NCBI GenBank assembly: GCA_045634945.1
Contig: JAZRBG010000038.1
Coordinates: 178,521-242,520, forward strand
Direction: 5' to 3'
Length of the DNA: 64,000 bases
DNA from: Akkermansia sp.
GTDB lineage: Bacteria; Verrucomicrobiota; Verrucomicrobiia; Verrucomicrobiales; Akkermansiaceae
The number at the start of each line of letters is the position of its first letter. The first letter of the stretch is position 1. Below the pieces are notes generated by a model that saw nothing but the letters and a program-made list of their open reading frames with translations, had not been told where the DNA came from and searched no databases. Made by a program: the position numbers and the translations under genes. Positions 39,513 through 49,374 of this stretch are shown piece by piece.

Positions 39513-40052
39513 TCAAGATTGAGACTTCGGAACCAAAGATAAGAACAAAAGTGACCACCCGGAGAATATCATTTCAACGGCAATAACGGTACCCACAAAC
39601 CACAAGGATGATGCAGGCCAGCTCCATACAACCATGCAGCCCAAAATGAGAGACACCAAGGAATTGAAGAATCTCCATGCGCTGCCCTGCTCCTTTCTCA
39701 TGGAAATGGCAACCAACAACCGCAGAATACCACCCACCAGCAAGGCAATACCCAATACCAAGGTAATGACGGAGAGTGAGGCTAAGGGCAGCAGTATCAT
39801 GGCGGCGCCTGCTACAAAATAGATAATACCGGATATCAGGCTCCATATACGCTGCCCTGCACGCGTGAAGACATGCCATAAATGAACAAGCCCCAACACG
39901 ACCAAGGCAACCCCGGCTACCCATACGGCAGCAGCCCCCAGCAATAGGGGAAAGCTCACCATCACAAAGCCCAATATGAGCTCCAGCACGGCTAAAATGG
40001 CGGCAAACCAAGAATTACCGACTACTCGATTCATTGATACATCAGCACTCAT
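39513..40052 (-). CDS. HdeD-family (DUF308) acid-resistance membrane protein
   Basis: Six hydrophobic helices with the DUF308 repeat pattern. ATG 40052 overlaps the SOD stop by 11 nt. An alternative ATG is at 40034. Confidence 0.7.
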   Translation of the reverse strand: MSADVSMNRVVGNSWFAAILAVLELILGFVMVSFPLLLGAAAVWVAGVALVVLGLVHLWHVFTRAGQRIWSLISGIIYFVAGAAMILLPLASLSVITLVLGIALLVGGILRLLVAISMRKEQGSAWRFFNSLVSLILGCMVVWSWPASSLWFVGTVIAVEMIFSGWSLLFLSLVPKSQS

Positions 40053-40686
40053 GACAACAAGATTGTTCGAATAATTGTGTTACACTGTCCCAATTGATGT
40101 GTTGCATAAAAGCCTCCACATATCCCTTGCGGTTATTCTGCCACGTTAAGTAATAGGCATGTTCCCATACATCGCAAGCCAACAGAGGCTGAAAACCGGG
40201 CACCAGCACATCCTGATGACGGCATATCCCGCATACCATCAGCCTGCGGCTCACGGGGTCTACACCCAATACAGCCCATCCGCTGCCCTGAACTCCCACG
40301 GCAACCGACAAAAACAGCCTGTAAAACGATTCAAAACTCCCGAAAGAACACTCTATGGCAGCAGCCAATCCCTGCGAGGGCATACTCCCTGAACGCCCTG
40401 TCAAATTATGCCAATACAAGGTGTGTAAAATATGCCCGCCCAAATTGAACGCCAATTTTTGAGTGGCACATGATGCATGCTCGGCACCCAGCATGCCGTT
40501 GTTGATTCTTTTCAATTCATCTGCCGCAGCGTTGGCACCGGCAACATAGGCGGCATGGTGTTTATCATGGTGCAACAGCAGCGTTTCTTCATCTACAAAA
40601 GGCTCCAGCTCTTCCAAATCATATGGTAAAGGAGGCAGCACATAATGTCCGTCTGCGTATCCGTGTGTAAGACATGTACAGTTCAT
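40042..40686 (-). CDS. Fe/Mn superoxide dismutase
   Basis: LPPLPYDLEELEP, HHDKHHAAY and DVWEHAYY motifs. I set the start at ATG 40686 to avoid overlap with the PP2C gene. Confidence 0.9.
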   Translation of the reverse strand: MNCTCLTHGYADGHYVLPPLPYDLEELEPFVDEETLLLHHDKHHAAYVAGANAAADELKRINNGMLGAEHASCATQKLAFNLGGHILHTLYWHNLTGRSGSMPSQGLAAAIECSFGSFESFYRLFLSVAVGVQGSGWAVLGVDPVSRRLMVCGICRHQDVLVPGFQPLLACDVWEHAYYLTWQNNRKGYVEAFMQHINWDSVTQLFEQSCCHEC

Positions 40687-40733
40687 GCCGTATGGACACG
40701 GCCGCAGTGTTGTTCTTTCAAAAAATGATAGAT

Positions 40734-41474
40734 TCAGGCATCCCAATCCATGCTGACCACGGTTGCGTTATCGGCATAGGGATTATCCAACAAACGGCAG
40801 GCCTCAACAATGCGCACGGACAAATTACCACCGCGTTCATCCAAGAGTGCTTTAACATCATCAGACAACACGGATGTGTACAACAAATCATCCGTACCGT
40901 CGGATGTTAAAATAATGCGGTCTCCCGGCAAAAGAGGATACGGAGTAACGGAAGAATCAATCATGCTGATGGTATCCCCCGTTACGGCAGAGCGCAAAGA
41001 ATGGCCGCGCATCACGGCTTCTTCAAAAGTAAGGCAGCCGGACTGAACATATTGCATATAGACAGCCCGCATCGAGTGGTCTTCATTCAAACGCACCAAA
41101 CGGTGATGCCGCCACAAATATAAGGGGGAATCACCCACACTGACCCACCACAAAACGCCGCCGCCCACATACGCGGCAACCAATGTGGTACCACCGTATG
41201 CACCGGCCTCGGAAAAAGCGGCTCCTACTGCGGCATTGGCTGCATCCAGCGCATTCAACAAGCGCTGAGATACGGGGCCATCAGTCTCATCCTCAAAAGC
41301 TTCAACAAAGGTCTCAGCCGCGGTAGAAGAAGCCAGAGCCCCGAACTGGTGCCCACCCATGCCGTCACAAAGAACAGCTAACGTGCCCGCAGGGTAATGG
41401 CGCACCAGGTAGAAATCTTCCTGATGCTCTCTTTTACCAATCCACTGGGCGATGACTGCATTCACGTTTATCAT
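40734..41474 (-). CDS. PP2C-family Ser/Thr protein phosphatase
   Basis: REHQEDF, LCDGMGGH and VGDSPLYL..., LTSDG motifs. Confidence 0.85.
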   Translation of the reverse strand: MINVNAVIAQWIGKREHQEDFYLVRHYPAGTLAVLCDGMGGHQFGALASSTAAETFVEAFEDETDGPVSQRLLNALDAANAAVGAAFSEAGAYGGTTLVAAYVGGGVLWWVSVGDSPLYLWRHHRLVRLNEDHSMRAVYMQYVQSGCLTFEEAVMRGHSLRSAVTGDTISMIDSSVTPYPLLPGDRIILTSDGTDDLLYTSVLSDDVKALLDERGGNLSVRIVEACRLLDNPYADNATVVSMDWDA

Positions 41475-41557
41475 TCAATAGCACATTGCTCAAGCAAAGG
41501 CAAGCAAATTTCGCGTAACTCAGCGCATCTGCACACAAAAATCGGCCTATTCAGTGC

Positions 41558-41752
41558 TTAACGGGCACGATTTTTCAGGTAATGAGGTATGTACAAAACA
41601 GAGGCAACGGAAAGCGCCACGCCATTACATACAATAGCGGCATTAAGTACACCTCCGAAAAAGTCTACCAAGTTTTCTTTCCCGAAAATGAGTTGAGCCA
41701 CCACGCGTATAACGATGGCTGTGCCAAGTATATTGAAAATCAAACGTCCCAT
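41558..41752 (-). CDS. Hypothetical small membrane protein (64 aa)
   Basis: Two hydrophobic helices. No homology recognised. Confidence 0.35.
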   Translation of the reverse strand: MGRLIFNILGTAIVIRVVAQLIFGKENLVDFFGGVLNAAIVCNGVALSVASVLYIPHYLKNRAR

Positions 41753-41824
41753 ATCTGCATTCTGCGTAAAGAAAAAGCCCCTTCCTTTATTGCAGAAAAG
41801 GAAGGGGCAAAAGAAACTGAGTTA

Positions 41825-43312
41825 TCAGCCGCGGTTTTTCAACTGCGGGAAGAGGATGATGTCGCGAATGGAGCAAGCCCCCGTCAGCAACATGCAAAGG
41901 CGGTCAATACCAATGCCGATACCACCGGCGCTGGGCATACCGCTTTCCAAAGTCTCTACGAAATCGTAGTCAATCTTCTGGGTTTCTTCACCGGCTTGGT
42001 GCTTGAGACGCTCCAGCTGCTCAATGGGGTCATTCTGCTCAGAGTAACCGGGGCAAAGCTCCTGGCCATTCATCACCAGCTCAAATACGTCCACCACCTC
42101 GGGATTCTCAGGGTTAGCCTTAGCCAGGGGCACAAGGTCACGGGCAACATGGCATACAAAGAGCGGGTTAGCCTGCTTCTCTTCCACCAGTTTCTCGTAT
42201 ACCTGCTGGGTTACAGCCGTATCATCCAAATCCTCACCGATTTGCAGGTGGAAATCATTCTCAGCGCGGCAGCGACGCTGCTCGGGGGTCAGGTCAAACC
42301 AATCGGCACCGGCAACTTCCTTCACCAAGTCATTGTAATCTGCACGGCGCCAGGGGCGAGTCAGGTCTACCGTCCAGCGCACATTGCCGTTCTCATCATA
42401 CTGATCAAACTTCAATGTACCGAACACCTTCTCAGCCACGGTGCAAATCATTTCCTCCATCATGGTGGCCATTGTCTCATAGTCACCACCGGCTTCATAT
42501 ACCTCCAACACCGTAAACTCGGGATTGTGGCGACGATCCACACCCTCATTACGGAAGTTGCGGTTCAGCTCGAACACCTTCGGGAAACCACCCACCAGCA
42601 AACGCTTCAGGAACAGCTCGGGGGCAATACGAAGCGTCACGGCCTTCTTGAGAGCATTGTAATATGACTCAAAGGGCTTGGCTGCTGCGCCACCGGCAAT
42701 ATCTTGCAACATGGGGGTCTCTACCTCCAAGAATCCGCGGTCGGTCAGGTACTTGCGAATCTCCTGAATAATCAGGGAGCGCTTTACAAAACGGTCTGCA
42801 CTCTCAGCATTGCTCATCAAATCCAAGTGGCGACGGCGATAGCGCAAATCCATATCAGCCAAGCCGTGGAACTTATCAGGCATGGGGCGCAGGGCCTTGG
42901 AAAGCACGGTAAATGCATCGACGCGCACAGACGGCTCACCGGTGCGGGTAATGAAAGTTTCACCCTCTACACCAATCCAGTCACCGCGCTCCAGCAACTT
43001 CCACAATGCCCAAGTCTCTTCCGTGCAGGACTTTTTGGTAAGCATGCACTGAATACCGCCCTTTACATCGCTGATGGTAAAGAACTGTGTGCGGCCCATA
43101 TCACGCAAAGCACTGATGCGGCCCAGAAGTTTCACCTGTTTACCCTCCTCAAACTCAGCCTTGAGTGTACCGGGATCAGTCGTGACATCGAAACGGCAGC
43201 CGTAGGGATTCACCCCTAAAGCGCGAATCTTGTCAACCTTCTCACGGCGTACGGCAATCAGCTCCTCCTCGGAGGAACCCGGAGCGGTATTAACAGTTTG
43301 TTCTTCTGACAT
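41825..43312 (-). CDS. lysS: Lysine-tRNA ligase, class II
   Basis: An OB anticodon-binding domain plus class II motifs (FLEVETPML, FRNEG, GIGIGIDRL). Confidence 0.97.
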   Translation of the reverse strand: MSEEQTVNTAPGSSEEELIAVRREKVDKIRALGVNPYGCRFDVTTDPGTLKAEFEEGKQVKLLGRISALRDMGRTQFFTISDVKGGIQCMLTKKSCTEETWALWKLLERGDWIGVEGETFITRTGEPSVRVDAFTVLSKALRPMPDKFHGLADMDLRYRRRHLDLMSNAESADRFVKRSLIIQEIRKYLTDRGFLEVETPMLQDIAGGAAAKPFESYYNALKKAVTLRIAPELFLKRLLVGGFPKVFELNRNFRNEGVDRRHNPEFTVLEVYEAGGDYETMATMMEEMICTVAEKVFGTLKFDQYDENGNVRWTVDLTRPWRRADYNDLVKEVAGADWFDLTPEQRRCRAENDFHLQIGEDLDDTAVTQQVYEKLVEEKQANPLFVCHVARDLVPLAKANPENPEVVDVFELVMNGQELCPGYSEQNDPIEQLERLKHQAGEETQKIDYDFVETLESGMPSAGGIGIGIDRLCMLLTGACSIRDIILFPQLKNRG

Positions 43313-43321
43313 AGCGCGCGC

Positions 43322-43350
43322 ATTATACGCCTTTTTCTCAGAATTTCCAG
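43322..43350 (-). promoter_or_regulatory. Putative promoter CTGGAA-17-TATAAT of lysS
   Basis: The -10 ends 9 nt (GCGCGCGCT) before the lysS ATG. Confidence 0.5.
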
Positions 43351-43419
43351 TCTAAATTCACGCAAACGGCATTTTATGCATCATTTCTGCCCCTTTTCCT
43401 CTCATGGGCATGAGTTCTA

Positions 43420-43872
43420 TCACACCATCAGCGATAACATAAGTATCCACTCATACACCACGGCAAGCACTATATTTTTGCGATGCAGAATAATCAACAC
43501 AACGGCAAACAACATCAGCAACCATATAATCTTCAACGGTACATCCGCATAACTTTCATGCCCGCAGAAGAGAGACCTCAGCCCCTGCATGGAAAAGAAC
43601 ACATAAAGCCCCATAATCAGCAGAGCAATAGTTTTAACAACTGCTTTTTTGCTCAGTAAAAAAACAGCAAGCGTTCCCAAAGATACCCACACGGCGTTCA
43701 TGGCAGACTGAATACCGGAAGCCACGCCGGCAGGATTGCAAGACTCTGAGGCATCTGCAAATTGCAGCAAAATCAATTTTGACACAATAATGCAACAAAG
43801 CAGTGATATGCAACAATTTGCAATACCATTGCGTGTAAAATGAGAAGATAACACAGGTGGATGCGAAGACAT
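43420..43872 (-). CDS. Hypothetical membrane protein
   Basis: Four hydrophobic segments. The start is uncertain (ATG 43872 chosen; the listed ORF extends to 43980). Confidence 0.4.
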   Translation of the reverse strand: MSSHPPVLSSHFTRNGIANCCISLLCCIIVSKLILLQFADASESCNPAGVASGIQSAMNAVWVSLGTLAVFLLSKKAVVKTIALLIMGLYVFFSMQGLRSLFCGHESYADVPLKIIWLLMLFAVVLIILHRKNIVLAVVYEWILMLSLMV

Positions 43873-43998
43873 TTTAAAAGAGGATTCACGGGTCTGCGTA
43901 CAGGGGACCGTTCCATTGTAAGGCATGAAAAGGCTTATGTCAACTCTCAAACAGTGAAAATAACGGAACAAGACTGACACAAAAAGACACGTTGCAGG

Positions 43999-44028
43999 CT
44001 GGAAGCGGAGGCAAGATGCGCGTATAAT
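43999..44028 (+). promoter_or_regulatory. Putative promoter CTGGAA-18-TATAAT of mcsA-mcsB-clpC
   Basis: The -10 ends 8 nt before GTG 44037, implying a leaderless transcript. Confidence 0.5.
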
Positions 44029-44036
44029 ACGTTTTC

Positions 44037-44558
44037 GTGAAGAAGTGCCAGATATGTGGGAAACGCGCGTCCATGCAACTGACGCAAATAGTGAACGGCC
44101 AAATTACGGAATTGGTTCTGTGCGAGAGCTGTGCCCGCAACAAAGGATTATTTGACCCGCAATCACTTTCCTTTGCCGAACAATTTTTCCCCGAGGAGTT
44201 CAAGAAAAAGGTGGAAGACATAGTGAAAGAACTTGCAGGCGGGCGTATTGCGCTAAGCGAGCAAGCACAAAAAGGTAACAGCACGGATGCCTTGGTACGT
44301 TGCCCCGTGTGCGATTTTACGCTGGAGACCTATCGCCGCACCGGCAGGCTGGGGTGCCCGGACTGCTACAACATCTTTGCACGTGAGTTAGCAGAAGAAA
44401 AAGCACTCGTCGCTGATAATGTTACGGAGCCCGCACAGTCAACGGAATCCCCTGCTCTTACCCTTAAAAAATTGGAGCAGCAGCTGCAACAAGCCATTGA
44501 GAAAGAAGATTACGAAACCGCAGCACAACTGCGTGACCGCATACGTGAATTAAGCTGA
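44037..44558 (+). CDS. mcsA: McsA-like protein-arginine-kinase activator (two zinc fingers plus a UVR motif)
   Basis: CQIC...CESC and CPVC...CPDC pairs, with a C-terminal UVR-like EKEDYETAAQLRDRIREL. The GTG start is needed to keep the first CxxC. Confidence 0.8.
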   Translation: MKKCQICGKRASMQLTQIVNGQITELVLCESCARNKGLFDPQSLSFAEQFFPEEFKKKVEDIVKELAGGRIALSEQAQKGNSTDALVRCPVCDFTLETYRRTGRLGCPDCYNIFARELAEEKALVADNVTEPAQSTESPALTLKKLEQQLQQAIEKEDYETAAQLRDRIRELS

Positions 44559-44566
44559 CAACACTT

Positions 44567-45709
44567 ATGGCCAAATCTTTTAAATCCCTGCTCAAAAAGC
44601 TTCCGCCCTGGTTTCAGAATCCCGGTGAGGAGGGAAATGTCATCATCGGCTCCATGGCAAGAGTGGTGAGAAACCTGGTGGGTCACAAATTCCCCGGCTG
44701 GAGCACGGATGAAGACCGCAAAGCCGTGGCAGACAAATTGCTGCCGCTGATTAAGCAATTACCGGGCAACAAAACGGCTGCGTTCTGTGCCGAAATGCCG
44801 GAGCTTGATTACACCCAACGCCGCTTGTTGTTGGAACGCAAGCTTATGTCCCAGTGCATGGCAGCTCGCCAAGGGGGATGCCACGTCATCATCAACGGCA
44901 AGCAAGATATCACCTACATGATCAATGAGGAGGAGCATTTGGTCATGCACCTGTTTTCCTCTGAAAGTGACTATGAATCGCTTATCGGCAAGGCTGAAGC
45001 CATTTGCAACAAGCTGGCAGACGAACTGACATTTGCCCGAGATGCAACGGGGGATTACCTCACCAGTTTACCCACGGAGACCGGCAGCGGCGTTCAACTG
45101 TACACCGTTATGCATTTACCGGCACTCGTAGCGGCAGATATGATGCCGCAAATCAAGCGCGCGCTGGAAAAACTGATGCTGCACATGGCCCCGCTGTACT
45201 CTAACATGGGAGACGATGTTGCAAACCTGTTTGTTGTTTATACCCCCCCGATTCTCACAAGCGGAGAGGCAGATATGGCAGGCCACCTGCGCGATATTAC
45301 CCTTACCATTGCCGAGCGCGAGCACGATGTACGCAACAGGCTCAACAATAATGCATCAACCATATCACTGCTGCCGGACATGGTATCCCGAGCATACGGT
45401 TTGTTGCAATATGCATACAGGCTGGAATACAGCGAATTCATCAACGCCCTGAGTATGATGCGCTTGGGAACAGTGCTGGGTTACATCGAACCGATGGAAA
45501 CATCACCTGCCGAGTTTCTGTCCCATATGGCCGCTCTCAGCCTGCTTTGCGCACCGTACCACATGGAGTATCAATCCCCGCAGTCCGGCGCGGTGGCATA
45601 CGAGATGGCCAGAACCTCATTCAGCAGAGACATTAAGAACAGTGCCATGCTCACACTTGAGCTGATGCGCGACATTTTACACAACTATTCAGAAAACGAC
45701 CGAACATGA
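44567..45709 (+). CDS. mcsB: Protein arginine kinase (ATP:guanido phosphotransferase)
   Basis: Phosphagen-kinase-like core ([29 protein letters not shown]...). Confidence 0.88.
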   Translation: MAKSFKSLLKKLPPWFQNPGEEGNVIIGSMARVVRNLVGHKFPGWSTDEDRKAVADKLLPLIKQLPGNKTAAFCAEMPELDYTQRRLLLERKLMSQCMAARQGGCHVIINGKQDITYMINEEEHLVMHLFSSESDYESLIGKAEAICNKLADELTFARDATGDYLTSLPTETGSGVQLYTVMHLPALVAADMMPQIKRALEKLMLHMAPLYSNMGDDVANLFVVYTPPILTSGEADMAGHLRDITLTIAEREHDVRNRLNNNASTISLLPDMVSRAYGLLQYAYRLEYSEFINALSMMRLGTVLGYIEPMETSPAEFLSHMAALSLLCAPYHMEYQSPQSGAVAYEMARTSFSRDIKNSAMLTLELMRDILHNYSENDRT

Positions 45710-48360
45710 ACAACTTTACTCCCAGAGCTCAACAGGTACTTAACCTTGCCCGCCGAGAGGCAGACCGGTTTCGTCACAATTACATAGGCGCAGAGCACGT
45801 ATTACTGGGCATGCTCAAATTGGGGCACGGTGTTGCCGTTACCGTTATTGAAAACGCGGGGATAGACATTCCCAACCTCATCAAGATGATAGAATCAGCC
45901 CTCTTGCCCGGCACATGCGCCAACACTGAGGGTACCTTACCCTACACGCCCCGCGTTAAGCGCTTGCTCTCCATGGCCGGCTCAGAAGCTCGGGAACTGA
46001 AACACACTTATGTAGGCACGGAGCACTTGCTGCTGGCCATGCTGCGCGATGACGGCGGACTTGCTCGCGATGCCCTTATGAACAGCGGCATCAATTACAA
46101 AGCGGCAAGAGAAAGCGTTATGCGAGAGCTGGGGCCCAACTTCAATACAGACCCCGCCTCTGAACGCCCCGAGGCTTCCGGCCCTGAGGGCCATGGCCGC
46201 CACGAGGAGGAAGAAGAAGATGCCAACGCATTTTTACACAGCCGCCGCCCCAGCCGTAAAGCCGAGACCGGCAATGATGACACCCCGGCCTTGAACGCTT
46301 TCGGCAGAGACTTAACGGCACGTGCCGCTGCGGGTGAGTTAGACCCCGTTATCGGCCGCCGCTCGGAAATTGAGCGCGTTATCCAAATTTTATGCCGCCG
46401 CACCAAGAATAACCCCGTGTTGCTGGGTGAGGCCGGTGTGGGTAAAACCGCCATTGTGGAAGGTCTTGCGCAAATGATTGTTGCAGGCGATGTGCCGGAG
46501 TTTTTACGCGGCAAAAAGATAATCTCTCTCGACTTGGCACTCATGCTGGCCGGTACCAAATACCGCGGTCAATTTGAGGAGCGTCTCAAAGCCATTATGG
46601 ATGAGATTCAGCGTGAGAAGAAAGTGATTCTCTTCATTGATGAGATGCACACACTCATCGGTGCAGGCTCCGCAGAGGGTACCATGGATGCCTCCAACAT
46701 CATCAAACCCGCCCTTTCTCGCGGTGAGATGCAGGCCATAGGTGCTACCACCCTCAACGAATACCGCAAGCACATTGAAAAAGACGGTGCATTTGAACGC
46801 AGATTCCAGCAAGTACAGGTGCGTGAGCCGTCCGTAGATGATACGATTCTCATACTCAAAGGTGTTGCCCCCCGCTATGAAGAACACCACCACGTACACT
46901 ACACGGAAAAAGCCTTGGAGGCCGCAGCCCAGCTGGCCAAACGCTACCTGCATGGCAGATTCCTGCCCGATAAGGCCATTGACGTCATAGACGAGGCAGG
47001 CTCACGCCTGTGTGTGCAGCGTATGACCCGCCCGCAGGAGCTCAAGGACAATGAGAAAGCCCGCAAGGAACTGGAGGAGCAAAAGCAAAAAGCCGTTAAA
47101 GACCAGGACTTTGAAATGGCAGCCAAGCTCCGCGACCGCATGGCAGACCTCAACCGTCAGCTGGAAACGGCCGTTGATGCATGGAAAGAATCCATGAGCA
47201 GCAACAGCCAAGAGGTTAATGAGGAAGACATCATGACGGTGATTTCCAAGTGGACGGGAATTCCCCTGTCCCGCATGGAGGAAAAAGAGGCGGAGAAACT
47301 GCTGCGTATGGAAGAAGAGCTCAAGAGCAAGGTAATCGGCCAAGATGAAGCATGTTCTGCCATATCCCGCGCACTGCGCCGCAGCCGTGCAGATATCAAA
47401 GACCCGCGCCGCCCCATCGGCTCCTTCCTCTTCATGGGTCCCACCGGCGTGGGCAAAACCTACCTTGCCCGCAACTTGGCAGAAATCATGTTCGGCACGG
47501 CAGAGGCACTCATTCAGGTAGACATGAGTGAGTACATGGAAAAACACAGCACCAGCCGCATGATTGGCTCGCCTCCCGGGTATGTGGGGCATGATGAGGG
47601 CGGCCAGCTCACGGAGCAGGTGCGCCGCCGTCCCTACTCCGTCATTCTCTTTGACGAGGTAGAAAAGGCTCACCCCGACGTCATGAACCTGCTGCTGCAA
47701 GTTCTTGAAGAGGGCAGCCTTACAGACTCACTGGGTCGCAAGGTAAGCTTCAGCAACACCATCATCATTCTCACCTCCAACGTAGGTGCCAGTTTGGCTG
47801 CTCGCCAAGGCCGTATGGGCTTCGGTGCCATGTCTGACCAAGAGGCTGATTACGAAACGATGAAAGAGCGCATCGGCGAGGCTGCAAAACAGCATTTCCG
47901 CCCCGAATTCATCAACCGTTTTGATGAGCTTATCGTCTTCCGCATGCTGGAGCGCAAAGATTTGGAGAAGATTGTCCTGCTGGAGGCTCAGAAACTCATC
48001 AAGCGTTTGGCAGATAAGCAAATTACCCTCTCACTCTCTCCGGAGGTCGTGAGCATGCTGGTAGACAAGGGGTATGACCCGCAATATGGTGCGCGCCCCA
48101 TGCGCCGCGCCATTGAACGCTTGCTTGAAGACCCCATTGCCGAAGCGATTCTGCGTGGAGATTTGGCTGCGGGTATATGCTCTCAAGCCATTAAAGATGC
48201 GGAGACGAATCGTATCGGCTTTGAAAATGAGCTCCCCAAACCCGAGCCGGCACCGGAAAAAACAGAGGAAAAGAAAAAAACTGCCACACGCAAGAAAAAG
48301 ACAACTGCCGCCACGGCAGAAAAGCCTGCAAAACCGCGCCGCAAAAAGGCAGATAAATAA
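45706..48360 (+). CDS. clpC: ClpC-type AAA+ unfoldase
   Basis: Double Clp_N repeat, two AAA modules ([16 protein letters not shown]) and a middle UVR motif ([12 protein letters not shown]). It has a 4-nt ATGA overlap with mcsB and an extra Lys-rich C-terminal tail. Confidence 0.95.
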   Translation: MNNFTPRAQQVLNLARREADRFRHNYIGAEHVLLGMLKLGHGVAVTVIENAGIDIPNLIKMIESALLPGTCANTEGTLPYTPRVKRLLSMAGSEARELKHTYVGTEHLLLAMLRDDGGLARDALMNSGINYKAARESVMRELGPNFNTDPASERPEASGPEGHGRHEEEEEDANAFLHSRRPSRKAETGNDDTPALNAFGRDLTARAAAGELDPVIGRRSEIERVIQILCRRTKNNPVLLGEAGVGKTAIVEGLAQMIVAGDVPEFLRGKKIISLDLALMLAGTKYRGQFEERLKAIMDEIQREKKVILFIDEMHTLIGAGSAEGTMDASNIIKPALSRGEMQAIGATTLNEYRKHIEKDGAFERRFQQVQVREPSVDDTILILKGVAPRYEEHHHVHYTEKALEAAAQLAKRYLHGRFLPDKAIDVIDEAGSRLCVQRMTRPQELKDNEKARKELEEQKQKAVKDQDFEMAAKLRDRMADLNRQLETAVDAWKESMSSNSQEVNEEDIMTVISKWTGIPLSRMEEKEAEKLLRMEEELKSKVIGQDEACSAISRALRRSRADIKDPRRPIGSFLFMGPTGVGKTYLARNLAEIMFGTAEALIQVDMSEYMEKHSTSRMIGSPPGYVGHDEGGQLTEQVRRRPYSVILFDEVEKAHPDVMNLLLQVLEEGSLTDSLGRKVSFSNTIIILTSNVGASLAARQGRMGFGAMSDQEADYETMKERIGEAAKQHFRPEFINRFDELIVFRMLERKDLEKIVLLEAQKLIKRLADKQITLSLSPEVVSMLVDKGYDPQYGARPMRRAIERLLEDPIAEAILRGDLAAGICSQAIKDAETNRIGFENELPKPEPAPEKTEEKKKTATRKKKTTAATAEKPAKPRRKKADK

Positions 48361-48380
48361 CGCTTAACCACGCTACAACC

Positions 48381-49361
48381 ATGAAAGCGCCGACAATCAA
48401 AAAGGTTGACTCCGTGTCCGTTGCCCGTTTTTACGAAAACTACGGCGGCACGCTTGAGTTACAGCTGTGCAACAGCCCCTTGGGCATGTCTCGCAAAATT
48501 CTGCAACCCACACTTAACCGTCCCGGGTTGGCGCTGGCGGGCTATTTCAGCTACTTTGCGCACGAGCGCATTCAGGTGTTCGGCGCTGCCGAAATGGCCT
48601 ACATGAGCACCATGGAGGGCATCCCCAGAGAAGAACGCCTTCGCCGTCTTTTTGCAGAGGATGTGCCTTGCCTCATCTTTACCAGAGATGTGGATATACC
48701 GCGCGACGTGCTGGAATTGGCAGATGAATACTCCGTATCCGTATTCCGCTCTCCCCTGCCCACGGTTAAGCTGGTAAACCGCGCCACCATTATTCTGGAG
48801 AACGAGTTTGCCGAAAGCACCACCCTGCACGGCTGCATGGTAGACGTCAACGGCGTGGGTGTATTGCTTACGGGCGACAGCGGTATCGGCAAAAGTGAAA
48901 TCTCACTGGGCCTTGTAGAGCGTGGTGCCTCATTGGTGGCAGATGATATGGTGCGCGTGCGCAACATCAGCGGTGAGCTTATTGCAACCTCTCCCAAGCT
49001 GAGCAGCGGTTTCATCGAGATTCGCGGCATCGGCATCATTAATGTTACCAACTTGTTCGGCCTTAAAGCTTACCGCCGCCAAAAGAACATAGACCTGGTC
49101 ATTAACCTCACCAACGGGCAAATGACAGAGATGGAGCGTTTGGGCATAGAGCGCAAAAAGACTACCATTTTGGGTGTGGATGTAGAGCGACTCAACCTGC
49201 CCGTGGCACCCGGCCGAGACATGACCCGCCTTGTAGAAGTTGCTGCCCTGGGGCATTACCTGCGTGAAAACGGCTATGACATGGCAGGCGAGTTCAACAA
49301 GAGACTGCATAAAGAAATAGCCATGCGTACCAGCATGAATATTCATACCCCGAGAGACTGA
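48381..49361 (+). CDS. hprK: HPr kinase/phosphorylase (full-length form)
   Basis: P-loop GDSGIGKSE and the HprK signature IEIRGIGIINV. Confidence 0.9.
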   Translation: MKAPTIKKVDSVSVARFYENYGGTLELQLCNSPLGMSRKILQPTLNRPGLALAGYFSYFAHERIQVFGAAEMAYMSTMEGIPREERLRRLFAEDVPCLIFTRDVDIPRDVLELADEYSVSVFRSPLPTVKLVNRATIILENEFAESTTLHGCMVDVNGVGVLLTGDSGIGKSEISLGLVERGASLVADDMVRVRNISGELIATSPKLSSGFIEIRGIGIINVTNLFGLKAYRRQKNIDLVINLTNGQMTEMERLGIERKKTTILGVDVERLNLPVAPGRDMTRLVEVAALGHYLRENGYDMAGEFNKRLHKEIAMRTSMNIHTPRD

Positions 49362-49374
49362 TTTTATTACCGCC

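Noticed and set aside
43999-44004. CTGGAA hexamers read as sigma-54 (-24 TGGCAC / -12 TTGC) promoters.
   Set aside because: The spacing of 17-18 nt to a perfect TATAAT fits sigma70-type geometry, and no GC -12 element is present.
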